Source: Carcharhinus amblyrhynchos
Lineage: Eukaryota
Assembly: GCA_965287045.1 (NCBI GenBank)
Contig: OZ336874.1
Location: 76,942,001 to 77,006,000, forward strand
Length of the DNA: 64,000 bases
Direction: 5' to 3'
The notes beneath the pieces are model-generated. The model saw nothing but the letters and a program-made list of their open reading frames with translations. It searched no databases and had not been told where the DNA came from. Shown here in pieces: positions 1 to 11,955 of this stretch. The position numbers and the translations under genes are program-made. Each line of letters begins with the position of its first letter. Position 1 is the stretch's first letter.

Positions 1-1700
1 CATTCTAATGTCTTCCACAAGGGGAAACATCCTTTGGTTAGCTACCTGATCAAATCCCCTCAGGATCTTATATGTTTCAATTTGATCGTCTGCCAGTCTT
101 CTAAACTCTAATAGGTAAAGGCCTAACCTGTTCAACCTTTCTTCTAAAGGTTTTAATCCCAGAAATGAGTCCCAGTGAACCTTCTTTGAATTGCTTCTCA
201 CAATTATGCCTTTTTTCAAATAAGACGACCAAAACCGTACACTATTCCAGATGTAGTCTCGCTAATGCCCTGTACAGCTGCCGTAAAATTTCCCAATGCT
301 TATGTTTTATTCCCCTTGCAATAAACACCAACATACAATTTTCCTTCCTAATCACTTGCTATGTCTGCCTTCTAACTTCTTGTGATTCATGCATCAGGAC
401 ACCTAAATTCTTCTGTAGCAGAGTTCTGTAATCTCTCTCTATTTATACTGCTTTTCTATTCTTCCTGCCAAAAACAAACATGTTCAAATTTCCCACGTTT
501 TGCTCCATCTGTTAAATTTTACCTAATCACTTAACCTAGCCATGTCCCCTTTACTTCTTCTTGATAATTTATTTTCCTACTTACCTTAATGTCATTGGCA
601 AGTTTGGTGAATGTACATTTGGTCCCTTCATCCAAATCTTAATAAAACAATAAGACTATAAGTAGTTGAGGTCTCAGTATTGATCCCAATTGCACTCCTC
701 CAGTTACAGCTCGCCAACCCAAAAAAGATCCATTTATCCATAATCTCGGCTTCCTGTTAGATAACCAGTATTTATCCTTGCTATAACGTTACCCCTATTA
801 ACTTTTGAAATGACACATTATCAGTTGCTTTTTGAAAATTCCAGTTACACCTCATCTAAAGGTTCCCCTTATTTTACCTTGCTTGTTAAATCTTTGAAGA
901 ACTCTAATAAATTTGTTAAATATGGTCCCCTTTGCACAAAACCATTTTCACCGTACCTAATTCCATTATGATTTTCTAAGTATCCTGCTAAGATCTCTGC
1001 AATAATGGATTCCAGCATTTTCCCCTACGACAGATGTTAGGCTACTGACCTCCAGTTTGCTGCTCTCTGTCTCCCTTCTTGAATAAGGTGATCATCTACT
1101 TAGCTATTACTACATTAGCTATTCCTTCCAGAATCTAAGGGATATTGGAAGATTGTAACCAATGTGTCTGCTATCTCTGCAGCCACTTCTTTTAAGAGCT
1201 TACGGTGCAGGCCACTTTGTGCTGGGGACTTTTCAGCTTTTAATTTTTCAAGTATCTTCGAGAAGTTTTCTAAGTCTTTTACAGTGAAGCCAAAAACAAT
1301 TTTTTAAAAAATCTTTATTCCAATTCAATCCAATCCAATCAAATCAAATTCAATTCAGAGTCCCAACAAGTTGGGACATTCCCGATCCAAGCTGACCAGA
1401 CAGGGCTCTCACCTCCTGTCTTGGGCTCGATCTACATGATCCACGTTGATTGGAGTAGGTTTAGCTCCTCCTCCAAGGCTTGATCTCATTTGCATCTTAG
1501 CCAAAAGGTACTTGTTCAACACTTCCACTGTTTCCTTTTTTCACATTAGTAATTTCCCATTTTCACTCTCTAGAGGACCAACACACATTTTAGTTACTCT
1601 TTTCCTATTTAAAAACTCTCATTAAAACATTTATACAACTCATACTAAAATAAATGTTTGAATATCTTCTTGTGTACAACAAATCTTGCATTATCCAAGG
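1..1700 (-). mobile_element. Degenerate CR1-clade LINE ORF2 fragment (RT and C-terminal region), interrupted by the insert at 1300-1508
   Basis: Reverse-strand sequence typical of CR1 ORF2 (e.g. aactgtacacagtattccag-like, tactgatccc-like, acagatgttaggcta segments). It parallels the better-preserved CR1 at 6991-9130 and has many stops and frameshifts. Confidence 0.8.
1300..1508 (-). mobile_element. SINE-like insert with U2 snRNA-derived 5' head, internal hairpin and AATAAA/A-rich tail
   Basis: The minus strand begins CCTTTTGGCTAAGAT, identical to the U2 snRNA 5' region, followed by GCAAATGAGATCAAG. There is a hairpin gtcccaac-aa-gttgggac at 1360-1377, a (GATTG/GAATT)n run, and an AATAAA plus A-rich end. 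The element interrupts a CR1 fragment. Confidence 0.65.
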
Positions 1701-1707
1701 AAACAAT

Positions 1708-2430
1708 GGCCAGAAATTTCCCAATATCATGAATGCAGCTTTGGAGCATGGAGGCACATTGCATTTTTGAAATGGGAGAGTTGGATTTGCTGCCAAATGG
1801 GATGCTGCCTCCTCCTACTTTTCCTGGAGGTGGCAGCACACTGGTAACAGCAATGTGCCTGACAGTAGCAAACAGATAACAAGCCTATTAATGACATATT
1901 AGATGGCATTTCATAAGCATACTACATACATGGCAGCATTGTGCTCCCACTCTGTCCACATCCTATCAAGTAAGAGACCACAGCTGCAAAGAGGAAGGTA
2001 TACACTCGATTACATATGATTGCAATTTAACTGATATTAGCAGAAAATGGTAAGGCAATAGCCTTGCTATTGAGTGTGGATCCATGGAGAAGAATGTTCC
2101 CGATTGTCACAAGCACCATATCTCACTCTTGCTGATGCTGATGGCAGCTGTATTCTTCCCTGTCAGTTGTGTCACCTGGACCTCAACAGGACTCACACTG
2201 GTCACACAGTGAAGCTGAACAGCTGCTATTGCAGTGGGCTACGCTGATGTGAGCTCCCTCCTGTGAAACCCATCTGCTTTCTCTCGTCTGACAATGAACA
2301 CAGAAGTGGCCTGTTATTTGACCACTTTCTATAAAATTAAGCTGACAGGCCCACTAGAGAATAGCACATCCTTGGGACCCAAAAGTGGTCCCAACATCAG
2401 TTTTTGGATGCTGTGGAAAAATTCAACCCT
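1708..2430 (-). mobile_element. Probable non-autonomous PIF/Harbinger element with a decayed Myb/SANT-like ORF remnant
   Basis: Ends ggccagaaatttccc ... ggaaaaattcaaccc resemble the GGCCNGAATTCTCC TIR family seen elsewhere in the window. Minus-strand 2090-2290 faintly resembles a Harbinger Myb/SANT domain. Confidence 0.4.
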
Positions 2431-2999
2431 ATAATTCTGCCCAAAAGGACTCTGACCTAAAGGCATTACAAACAAAACCTTGGGCCACCTACAAAATGAA
2501 TTAAAAAATAATCTGTCCAATACCTTATCAGCCAGTGCTTTCTGATATTCCATCAATGGTTAAAATTTCAGTAGAAGTGGGTGGCAATTTCCACAAATTC
2601 ATCCCATGAAGTACAGCACATTTTACCTATACCAAAATGATAAATTATAGCGTGTGACCAATGAAAGGTACTGGGTGAAATTCTTCAGCCCCATCAGCTC
2701 CAGGCATTGTTGTAGGTGGGATGGAAAAATTTGGAGAGCTACTGGGTCCAGAAAATCCTGGCCACTGACTCTATACATTTTTTATAATGCTCACAGTGAC
2801 AGCAATGGCATTTCTACTGATATGCTGTAATTTAATTCTGACGTGGTTGGTGCCCTACTAAGGCAAGTTAAAATCTTCACCTAATTATTCTGATCGTGTC
2901 AGAGAACATCTCCCAAATCACATATACCAGCATCAATCTGTATGACAAAAGACTGGTTATAATCAGGATGTCCCATTACTGAAGTTCTCAATTAATTCA

Positions 3000-4350
3000 C
3001 TTTCAAGGACCTTAAAAGTATTGTTATCCCCTTGGGTCCACTTTCAAGTCAGACATTTTTCTTCAGTACATTCAGGGTTTGTACAATTACCAAGTTGTCT
3101 GGCACAAAGCTGTAATATCATCCTATTATCCAAGAATCTCTCTTTATTACTTCATTCTCAGAGACTTCAGGAAAAATAAGAGGCAATGCCACAACTGTAC
3201 AACATGACAGAACAATTTTATATCGTCTTTAAGAAGCAGCTGTCAGTATATTTTACTGTCGCAGGGATTTGTTTCAATCCCTTTGATCAAAATTTGGAGA
3301 AAATAATGGCAAACAGAGTAAACAGTTTTCTCCTCTAAGACCCCTTAAGAACTATTCCATTAATATTTCAAAGCATTTTAAGCTCAAATGGCATGGCCTT
3401 AAATTGTTACAAGTCACACTTTGTTACAAGGGTACCTTGCTTATTGGATTCACCTTCATCTACCAATAGCTACTTGCTTTAGTGCTCGTGCAGAAAGGTG
3501 TACCAAGAGGGTCCAGAATTTAATTCATGGTGGTTAATGGGCATACACCTCACTGAGTGTGATATAGCCAAACCAGCAGAGTTCATCCGGCATTAACCGA
3601 AATGTCATCAACAAAAAGTCCAGCAGTTTCATTTTCTTAAAGAATTAAATGATTGATGAATCCTTAAGTAATCTAGAAGTTCCTCACTTTTGAGACAATG
3701 TTGTGCCATTTTTCTTTTTTGCGGCACATGGACTGTACTAGAAGCAAGTTTTGCGAATACTGCCAATATCAATAACAAAGCTAAATAAACAGGACCAATC
3801 TGACCATTTTGAAGAAACTAAGAAAAACTGTAAAACACTAATCCAACAAAATCTCTGTCTTTTGAAATCCTCAGCAATGCAGATAAAGGTTTTCCTTCTT
3901 GTCATCCAATTTAAAACAATCCAATCCAGGTTAATTCTGTGCTCTATCCACACAAACAAATAGTTTCTCAGCACAACACCTTAATCAAAAGCATTTGCCA
4001 CCAAAGTAATCCATCAATTCAACATTTGATGCTTGGTAACTGATCAAATCAGAATCATTTATAAACTCCAATCTCATCAAAGATACCTCAGAAAATAAAA
4101 CATGAAGATGACTGCTTTGGGTTGCTAACAATTATTATAAAACAAGAGATGCTCAACAAGGAATCATTGTAGGAATGATGTAAAACTACAGGGTACCTGG
4201 AGAAAGGTTATAGCTGACAAGAGAAGTTCTGATATATTTAACATCTCAGACAATTTTATCTACTGTCTTAGCCATTTAGCCTAAAATAAAGATAAGAGCA
4301 GTAAAAAAGTGACAAGATTCTTTGTGCAATTTGTCCTACAATTAGTTTGT
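3000..4350 (-). mobile_element. Very old non-LTR retrotransposon RT remnant
   Basis: Minus strand near 3600-3625 reads GLFVDDISV, similar to the RT LFADD motif. The rest is highly decayed. Confidence 0.3.
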
Positions 4351-5094
4351 TTATTTGAAAATCGTATAATTTTGACTTTTTCCTTCATGATTTCAGAACA
4401 TAGAAACTTTTGACCTCTTACTATCTTTCAATAGTATTTATTTAACCAGTTCTCATTTTACTGACAATTATGCCAAATAACAATCAATTTCCCCTCTTAG
4501 TTTTTTTTAGATGTATAAGTATTTGTGAATAGTATCTTGCTCTCTTGAAATCCCATTGTCATTCCCAGTTAATGGCTAAAGAATCTCTTGCTTTTTGAAT
4601 ATAAATCATCAGAACATGCCTGTCAATTGATTTTTTTTTGCCTGTGCTTAAATTTTAACTTGTATTCTGCTTGGTAGAATGTTAGGGGTTAACACACCGA
4701 AGCTGGACTGGATAGCATCCAACAGAATAATTGTCAGCTCAGACCAGATAGTTAAAGGACTTTGCAAGGTATGGGTTTTGAACAACCAATGCAATGGCTG
4801 GTCTGAAGTGGGTACTGTTTCATGGACCAGAGCCATTTGGACCTGATATTTATGCGAGGGGAGCTATTGGGGAAAGTGGGGATGGTGGAGGGGTGGGATT
4901 CCAGAAATGCTCGGATCATTGAAGTCCTGTTGAAATTTACGACGGGGGAAAATCCAGCTGTAATTTCACCGCCATACCTGCCCCACAACCAGGGCGGGGG
5001 TGGCTCGCAGAACGGAATTCTTCATTAGCCTTGGGCAGAAGGGTGCCCCAGCGAGGTCGTAAAATACTGGCCAGAGGACTGTCTGTCTGTCTGT

Positions 5095-5185
5095 CTCGCT
5101 CTACGATGCTGCCAGGTCTGCTGAGTTCATCCAGTATTTTCTGTTTTTATTTCAGATTTCCAGCATCCACTGTCTTTTGCTTTTA
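5095..5185 (+). mobile_element. Short repeat resembling a Penelope-like element terminus
   Basis: gatgctgccaggtctgctgagttcatccagtattttctgtttttatttcagatttccagcatc matches a repeat I recognise as common in shark DNA. Confidence 0.5.
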
Positions 5186-5574
5186 AGTTTTTAATAAATT
5201 TAATTAATCATCTGGGTTATTGAGATTGGCATTCTTAGAAAATTACTGAATTTCCTATAAAGGAACTGGAATTGGGCAAAATCAGAAATCAACTCCACTT
5301 ACACTGCCTGCAGCTCTTTAACTTCTTAGCCAATTCAAGAGAATGGCCCTCAGGATGGAAAGTTGCCAAGTTTGAATGGATTTATCAGTCTCCTCCTAAT
5401 AATATCTGGCTGCCTACTTCAACACATTTTAAAGATGTATCAATGGATTCAAGGTCAAATGCTTTTCTATTCCACCAAAATAAGAAATAGATTTTTAAAA
5501 TTTTTTTTTCAATTACTATTTTGCAGTAATTAAGCCCTGAATGTGAGTGAAATAAGGCAGAGCTTGCAATCATG

Positions 5575-5925
5575 TGTTTTTTATTCATTTGCGGGCATTG
5601 CTGGCTGGCCAGTATTTATTGCCCATCCCTAGTTGCATTTGTTCAGCGAGCAGTTGACAGTCAACCACTTTGCTGTGGCTGTGGAGTCACATGTAGGCTA
5701 GACCAGGTAAGAGTGGCAGATTTCCTTCCCTTAAATGACATTAGTGAACCAGATTTTTTTTTTCAACAATTGACCATGGTTTCATGGTCATCAGTAGATT
5801 CTTAATTCCAGATATTTTTTATTAATTCGAGTTCCACCATCTGCTGTGGCGGGATTTGAACCCGGGTGCCCAGAACATTAGCTGAGTTTCTAGATTAATT
5901 ATCTTGTAATATTACTAGGCCATCG
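5575..5925 (-). mobile_element. tRNA-headed SINE (non-HE1 family)
   Basis: The minus strand shows an A-box-like gatggcctagtaata and a B-box gggttcaaatccc. The 3' end is caataaatactggccagccagcaatgccc, and a related tail occurs at ~48487-48540 (+). Confidence 0.7.
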
Positions 5926-6990
5926 CTTATGAATACATAAAAAAAATTAAACTGATGATTGGGATTGTCCCAGTGATGACTTCCATCACTGTGCCCACCA
6001 GAATCTGTTGGGTTAGTGGGCACATCATTTGCATGACGCTAACAGGCACCTGTACCACAATGTGCTAATCTCAGTTGAACGTAGTTGGAAATGCCAGTGC
6101 TATCTATCATCCAAAGCCAACGGCGTAGGCAAAAGGGGTGAACAAATTTTGCCTCAATTTATTTTGATTTATAAATAAAGGATTAAGAAAAAATAAATTA
6201 ACTTCTTGTTTCTCTTTAGCCCAAGGATGCTGCAGTTAACCCACAGCTTCCACATCTGAGTCCTGACAAGTCAAAACAATTTACTTATTATGCAATTTTG
6301 TTCAGAACTACATGTAAGGTTGGAAGTTTCAGAAGAGTTTTATCTCTTAGCAATTAGCGTAGGTTACAATCACACATTGGTAAATTATTTTCTTATTGTG
6401 TCCCAATTGATCCATTGCTTTATATTAACAATACTTCAATTGCAAAAGGATTTTATTAAAAAAAAGATATTTTATATCCTGCTCATGCTTACACATTGGG
6501 GTAATCTCAACCCCAAAAATCAATGGGTTGGAGTTAGGTGACGTATAACATTTAAAAAAAAAACTCACCATGTTGCGAACCTACACCCAACCTACTCATT
6601 TTTGGTTTTAAAGAGACAGGCAAGGGTGAGCATACTGTTCCCAAGAGGTGGGTTAATAATTTAGATACACTGTAACTCTCCCAGCCAGAAATCTATTATT
6701 CAGAAGCACCAGTTGTTCGGAAATATTTGGAACAGACCTTCAACATCATTGACAATATTTTAATAAAGAACCTTGGCAGTGGAGACGTGGAAGATACAGA
6801 TTTGGAAAAGTAAAATTATTTTAATGTATTATCACTGTTCCAGCTTCCAGATAAATATTTATACCTATGGTGTTTCCATTTTACACAGTTGTGGCTAGGT
6901 TTTCTAATGTCATTCTATAATTCACAAAATATTTAGATCTGGAAATAACTTTGTTCCAAGCATTCTAGACTGGAAAATTTACAGCATATT

Positions 6991-9130
6991 ACAGAAACGT
7001 AGAAGAAAGGAGTAGAGGGAGCCATTTGGCCTTTCAAGCCTGTTCCACCATTCATTATGATCATGGCTGATTATCCTACTCAATAGCCTAATCCTGCTTT
7101 TTCCCCATAACCTTTGATCCCATTTGCCCCAAGTGCTATTTCTAGCCATCTCTTGAATACATTCAATGTTTTGGCATCAACTACTTCCTGTGGGAATAAA
7201 TTCCACAGGCTCACCACTGTTTGGGTGAAGAAATATCTCCTCACCTCCATCCGAAATGGTCTACCCTGAATCCTCAGACTGTGACTCCTGGTTCTGGAAT
7301 CCCCCTCCTTCAGGAACATCCTCCCTGGATCTGCCTTGTCTAGTCCTGTTAGAACTTTATAAGTCTCTATCAGATACCCATCATTCATCTAAACTCCAGC
7401 AAAAACAATCCTCACCTTGTTAATCTCTCCTCATACATCAGTCCTGCTATCCTCGAAATCAGCTTGGTAAACCTTTGCTGCATTCCCTCAAGAACAAGAG
7501 CGTCCTTCCTCAGAAAAGGATACCAAAACAATACACAGTACTCTAGGTGTGGCCTCATCAAGGGCCTGTATAATTGCAACAACACATTTCTGCTCCTGTA
7601 CTCAAAACCTCTAGCAACGAAGGCCAACATACCATTTGCATTCTTTATTGCCTGCTGCAACTGCACGCTTACCTTCAGTGATTGGTGCACAAGGACACCC
7701 AGGTCCCACTGCACATTCCCCTCTCCCAATTTACAGCCATTCAGATAGTAATTTGCCTTTTTGTTTTTGCTTCCAAAAAGTGAATAACCTCACATTTATC
7801 TAAATTATACTGCATCTGCCATTGATTGGGTTTCTCACCTAATCTATCCAGATCATTCTGAAGAACCTCTGCATCCTCGTTGCAGTTCACCCTTCCACCC
7901 AACTTGGTATCATCTGCAAACTTTGAGATAGTACATTTTATTCCCTCATCCAAATCATTAATATATATACTATATATAGTGAATAGCTGGGGTCCCAGAA
8001 CCGATCCTAGTTACTGCCTGTCAATTTGAAAAGCATCCATTAATTCCAACTCTTTGTTTCCTCTCTGCCAACCAGTTTTCTATCCATCTCGATACGTTTC
8101 CCCCGATCCCACATGCTTTAACCTTGCACAATAATCTCTTATGCAAAGTCCAAATATATTACATCGACTGGCTCCCCCTTATCAACTCTATTAGTTACAT
8201 AGATAGAATCATAGAACCCTACAGTGCAGAAAGAGACCCTTCGGCCCATCGAGTCCGCACCAACCATGATCCCACCCAGACCCTACCCCTACATATTTTA
8301 CCCACTAATCCCTCTAACCTAAGCATCTCACTAAGGGGCAATTTTAGCATGGCCAATCAGCCTAACCCACACATCTTTGGACTGTGGGAGGAAACCAGAG
8401 CACCCAAAGGAAACCCATGCTGACATGAGGAGAATGTGCAAACTCCACACAGACAGTGACCTGAGCCAGGAATCAAACCCAGGTCCCTGGAGCTGTGAAG
8501 CAGCAGTGCTAGCCACTGTGCTACTGTGCCATCTTCAAAGAATTGACATCTTCAAAGAATTCCAACAGATTTGTCAAGCATGATTTTTCCTCTTCATAAA
8601 TCCATGCTGTCTCTGTCTGGTCCTGCCAAAGCTTTCTCAATGCTATAAAGTCCTTGATAATGGATTTGAGAATTTTCCCCACAACTGATGTTAAGCTTCC
8701 TGGTCGATAATTCTCTGTTTTCTCTCTACGTCCCTTTTTGAATATTGGAATGACATTAGCTACCCTTCAATTTGCAGGGACTGTTCCAGAGTCTATAGAA
8801 TCCTGGAAGATGACCACCAATACATCCACTATTTCTAGAGATACTTCTTTAAGTATTTTAGGATGTAGATTGTAAGGCCCTGGGGATTTATCCACCAATT
8901 CCATCAACTTTCCAAGTGTCAATTTTCCAAGCACCATTTGTCTACGAATATTGGCTCCCTCAGTTCTTTCCTCTCACTAAATCTTGCATTTTCCAACATT
9001 TCTGGCATTTGATTTATGTCCTCTTTTGTGGAGTCAGAACCAGAGCACATATTCAAATGCTCAGCCATCTCTTTGTCCCCCATTATACATTCCCCCATTT
9101 CTGTCCATAGGGGAACCTACATTTGTCTTA
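6991..9130 (-). mobile_element. 5'-truncated CR1/HER1-like LINE (RT domain to 3' tail), interrupted by a HE1 SINE
   Basis: ORFs 7741-7953 (ISKFADDTKLGG...NLDKCEVIHF), 7412-7729 (DLGVLV...RPHLEYC) and 7080-7388 (RTRSHSLRI...FFTQTVVSLWN) are canonical CR1 ORF2 motifs broken by frameshifts. Confidence 0.95.
8198..8530 (-). mobile_element. HE1-type V-SINE
   Basis: tRNA-like head (ggcacagtagcacagtggctagcactgc; gggtttgattcc), V-domain (gtgtggagtttgcacattctcc...ggtttcctcccacagtccaaagatgtg) and HER1-like tail (tctgcactgtagggttctatgattctat). Confidence 0.92.
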
Positions 9131-9149
9131 CAATGACACTGCAAACCTT

Positions 9150-9345
9150 GGACTTAAGCTGGAGGAACAGGACCGACTAGGGATCTAAAAAGGGATTTAC
9201 ACATGGAGGTAGGGGACATGGCTGAGATATTAAATGAATACTTTGTATCTGTCTTTGCCAAGGAGGTAAATGCTACCCAGGTCATGGTGACAGTCAAGGA
9301 AATTCTGTGTCCAAAAGGGTTCAAAATTGATAAAAAGCAATGTAT
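9150..9345 (+). mobile_element. CR1 LINE fragment in opposite orientation
   Basis: Encodes an MAEILNEYFVSVFAKE-type CR1 ORF2 motif. Confidence 0.75.
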
Positions 9346-9982
9346 ATTGTGATGGTCCTTGTGCTTTTGAAGTACTAGGTTTTTCTGGAAGATGATTTCT
9401 TTAAAATGATGGTTTCCTGGTGAACACTTGTGTGGCCTTTAGAAATGGTACATTTCTGAGGGACTATGTTGCTGACCAAGTCTCAAACGACTGCGAACAA
9501 ACTGCCATTGCTGCCAATGGCTTCAAAACTGCTTTTCATTCCCGCTTTCCGGGAAAATTTTGTCTTTTTTTTCTGACTAATCCCAGACAATACGGCAGAA
9601 AAAGTCATGCTCCGCTGCTTTTCCCACCTGCTATCAGCCTCTGTTGATATCTGGGAAGATTTTCCCCATTAGCTCTTTCCATGGCCTTATTAACTTGATA
9701 TTTTACCTTTAATGCCCTGTGAACTTTCACTAACAAATACGGTTATTCTTCCCTAGCACAGAGTCTACTTCCATTCAAAGTATAATTGCTGTTTTTATTT
9801 TTAGCAAAATGCATCAGTTCACATTTGCGAATATTGAATTCCACCTGCCACTTTTTAGCCTATTTCTCCACCTTTGAAGTTTCCTTTCATCTTCTAAGGA
9901 ATTAACTATACCTCCTATTTTGGTTTCAAATAAACATGTTAGCACCACTGCCTCTAGGACAACATCCAAATAAACAATATAA

Positions 9983-10680
9983 AGGGCAGAATTTTCCTGA
10001 TTCCATGAAGACAGGGAATTGCTAGGAAATAGGAGGGAGCCACTTCAGGATGTCTCCTTGGCACATTTCCGCCTCTGGGGTCTTTCCCAGGGAAGACTGG
10101 AAACAATGGTGGCTGCTGCTCTATGGAAACGAGCAGCTAATTAGGACAATTAGTGACCCACTCAGGGGCCATTTTGCTGTGTTGTTGGTATTTTCCCACT
10201 GCCAGAGTAGTTTCTTACAATGTATGGAGGATGCCAACTCAATAAAGGTGGTCTCCTACTGGCAGGCTGAGTGACTACAAGAGCCAGAGGCTCCAAGACC
10301 GAATATAAGGGATTAAAGGCTGTGACTGAATCCATTACTGCTCTTGAGGAAGGATTTCTCTGACACCCTGATTGTCCTACTGGCTTCAGGTCTCTGTATT
10401 TGAGGACTTCACTGCAAGAAGCTTAGAGTTCCTCCATGTTGAGATCCTGCCTATTTGCCTAGGTGGCATCTACCTCTCCTAGTGATTAGGCTTCAGTGGT
10501 TGGGTTTCCAGCCTTGGGAATATGCCATCTGTTTTTAATAGGATGCTAAGTGCAAAGGCAGATAATTAGGGGATTACCTCGGAGATTACACCAGAAATTG
10601 CGCTGGTGAGAAGGGTAGGTTTAGGATCCCCAAGTGGACATGATATTGGGGCTCTGAATCTCACCAGAAAATGCAGTCTT
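9983..10680. mobile_element. MITE-like non-autonomous DNA element
   Basis: Starts gggcagaattttcc (same TIR family as other MITEs here), ends ...agaaaatgcagtct, and interrupts the CR1 fragment. Confidence 0.45.
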
Positions 10681-10892
10681 CACACTGAACAGAAATAGCA
10701 CTAAACCTGAACCTAATGTTCACTATGTACTTCTAATCTCCTTTAAAACTTATCCTTGACTCACACCTTTATTTTCTTTCTTTTACCCAATTTTTGGCCT
10801 GATCTGCTATTCTCCCCCAAAGTTCAATACCCATTAATCTTACCTAGTTATCTTCCATATGGTAGTTGACTTTCTTAAAGTCCATATACACT

Positions 10893-10977
10893 GTCTCATA
10901 ACACCAGGTTAAAGTCCAACAGGTTTATTTGGAATCACGAGCTTTCAGAGCACAGCTCCTTCCTCAGGTGAGTGTTT
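10893..10977 (-). mobile_element. Penelope-like terminal mini-insert containing a minimal hammerhead ribozyme; 12-bp TSD
   Basis: Flanked by tccatatacact at 10881-10892 and 10978-10989. The minus strand reads TCAC-CTGAGGA-A-GGAGC-TGT-GCTCT-GAAA-GC-TC-GTGA followed by AATAAA. Confidence 0.75.
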
Positions 10978-11199
10978 TCCATATACACTATATCTGCTGT
11001 ATTAGCTCCAGTAACCTGGTATGATAATTATGCAATGATTCCTGTAAGGCTTGATAAGCATTATTCTCCCTTTTCAAATCGATGCAGGCTAGACACATTT
11101 TATCCTTAATTAAAATCTCTAAAAGGTTTTCAATTAATGATGCTAATTAGTTCCAATCAACTGGTTTAACATTGTCTTTTTTTTAATGGCCACTCCACA

Positions 11200-11800
11200 G
11201 TTAGCTGAATTTTACAAGCTCTTTGATGATAGGCTGGCAGGCAGGAAAGTTAGTACTGTGGTAAACAAAGCCATCAGGAGCCCAACATCTTTCTGTTGCT
11301 ACAGAGTATTACTGGTAGCAGGATCTTTAGCTGCATGGCAGTGTGTCAGGTGGCTAATTGAACCTACTAATCAGTCCAATTTCCCCTCCTGCCTTTAGTT
11401 TGCCCAAAAGAGGCACAGCTGCTACGTGGGGAGACTCCCATGTAAACCAGAGTAGCATCTGGTGGTGGGATCCTCCTAAATGGTTTCTCCATGGCTCTTG
11501 GAGGCTCTCTCTCTGATGGCATTGTGGCTAGGCTGCCTTTGCTGCAACATGTCCCACTCCTGATCACCAGGGCCCATTTGCCTGGCCCTGTCTTGATCAA
11601 AAAAGCTCACCTCATCTTCAAGGTTGCTGCAACATGGTGGTTCCCCTTCCTTCATCGTACAGCCTCGTAGGTGATGGTGTTTTTGGTGAAGCTGCTGATC
11701 TTCTGAGTCAGCTGGCAACTCTGGGAGGTGGGTTGCCAACTGCAGTTGGATGGTGGTTCCTATCCCAATCTACTGCCCAAGGTCCTGCTGCCTATTGGCA
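11200..11800 (-). mobile_element. Possible decayed Harbinger transposase N-terminal fragment
   Basis: Weak minus-strand resemblance to the R-V-Y-R and VTAVLNF motifs of HARBI1-like transposases. Confidence 0.3.
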
Positions 11801-11955
11801 AGAAGCCAGCACCCACTTTTGATACCATCAGCAGAATTTCTTGACTTCTAACAAATTTTAACCCATAAATTCCAGAACCTCTGCAATTTTCTCCTTGATC
11901 TCAATGAACTAACTTGTCAGGCCTGGTACTTTGACTTGATTTAGCTTTACTAACA

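Noticed and set aside
1479-1508. Functional U2 snRNA gene
   Set aside because: Only a ~19-nt interrupted match. The branch-point recognition sequence GTGTAGTA, the Sm site and the 3' stem-loops are absent.
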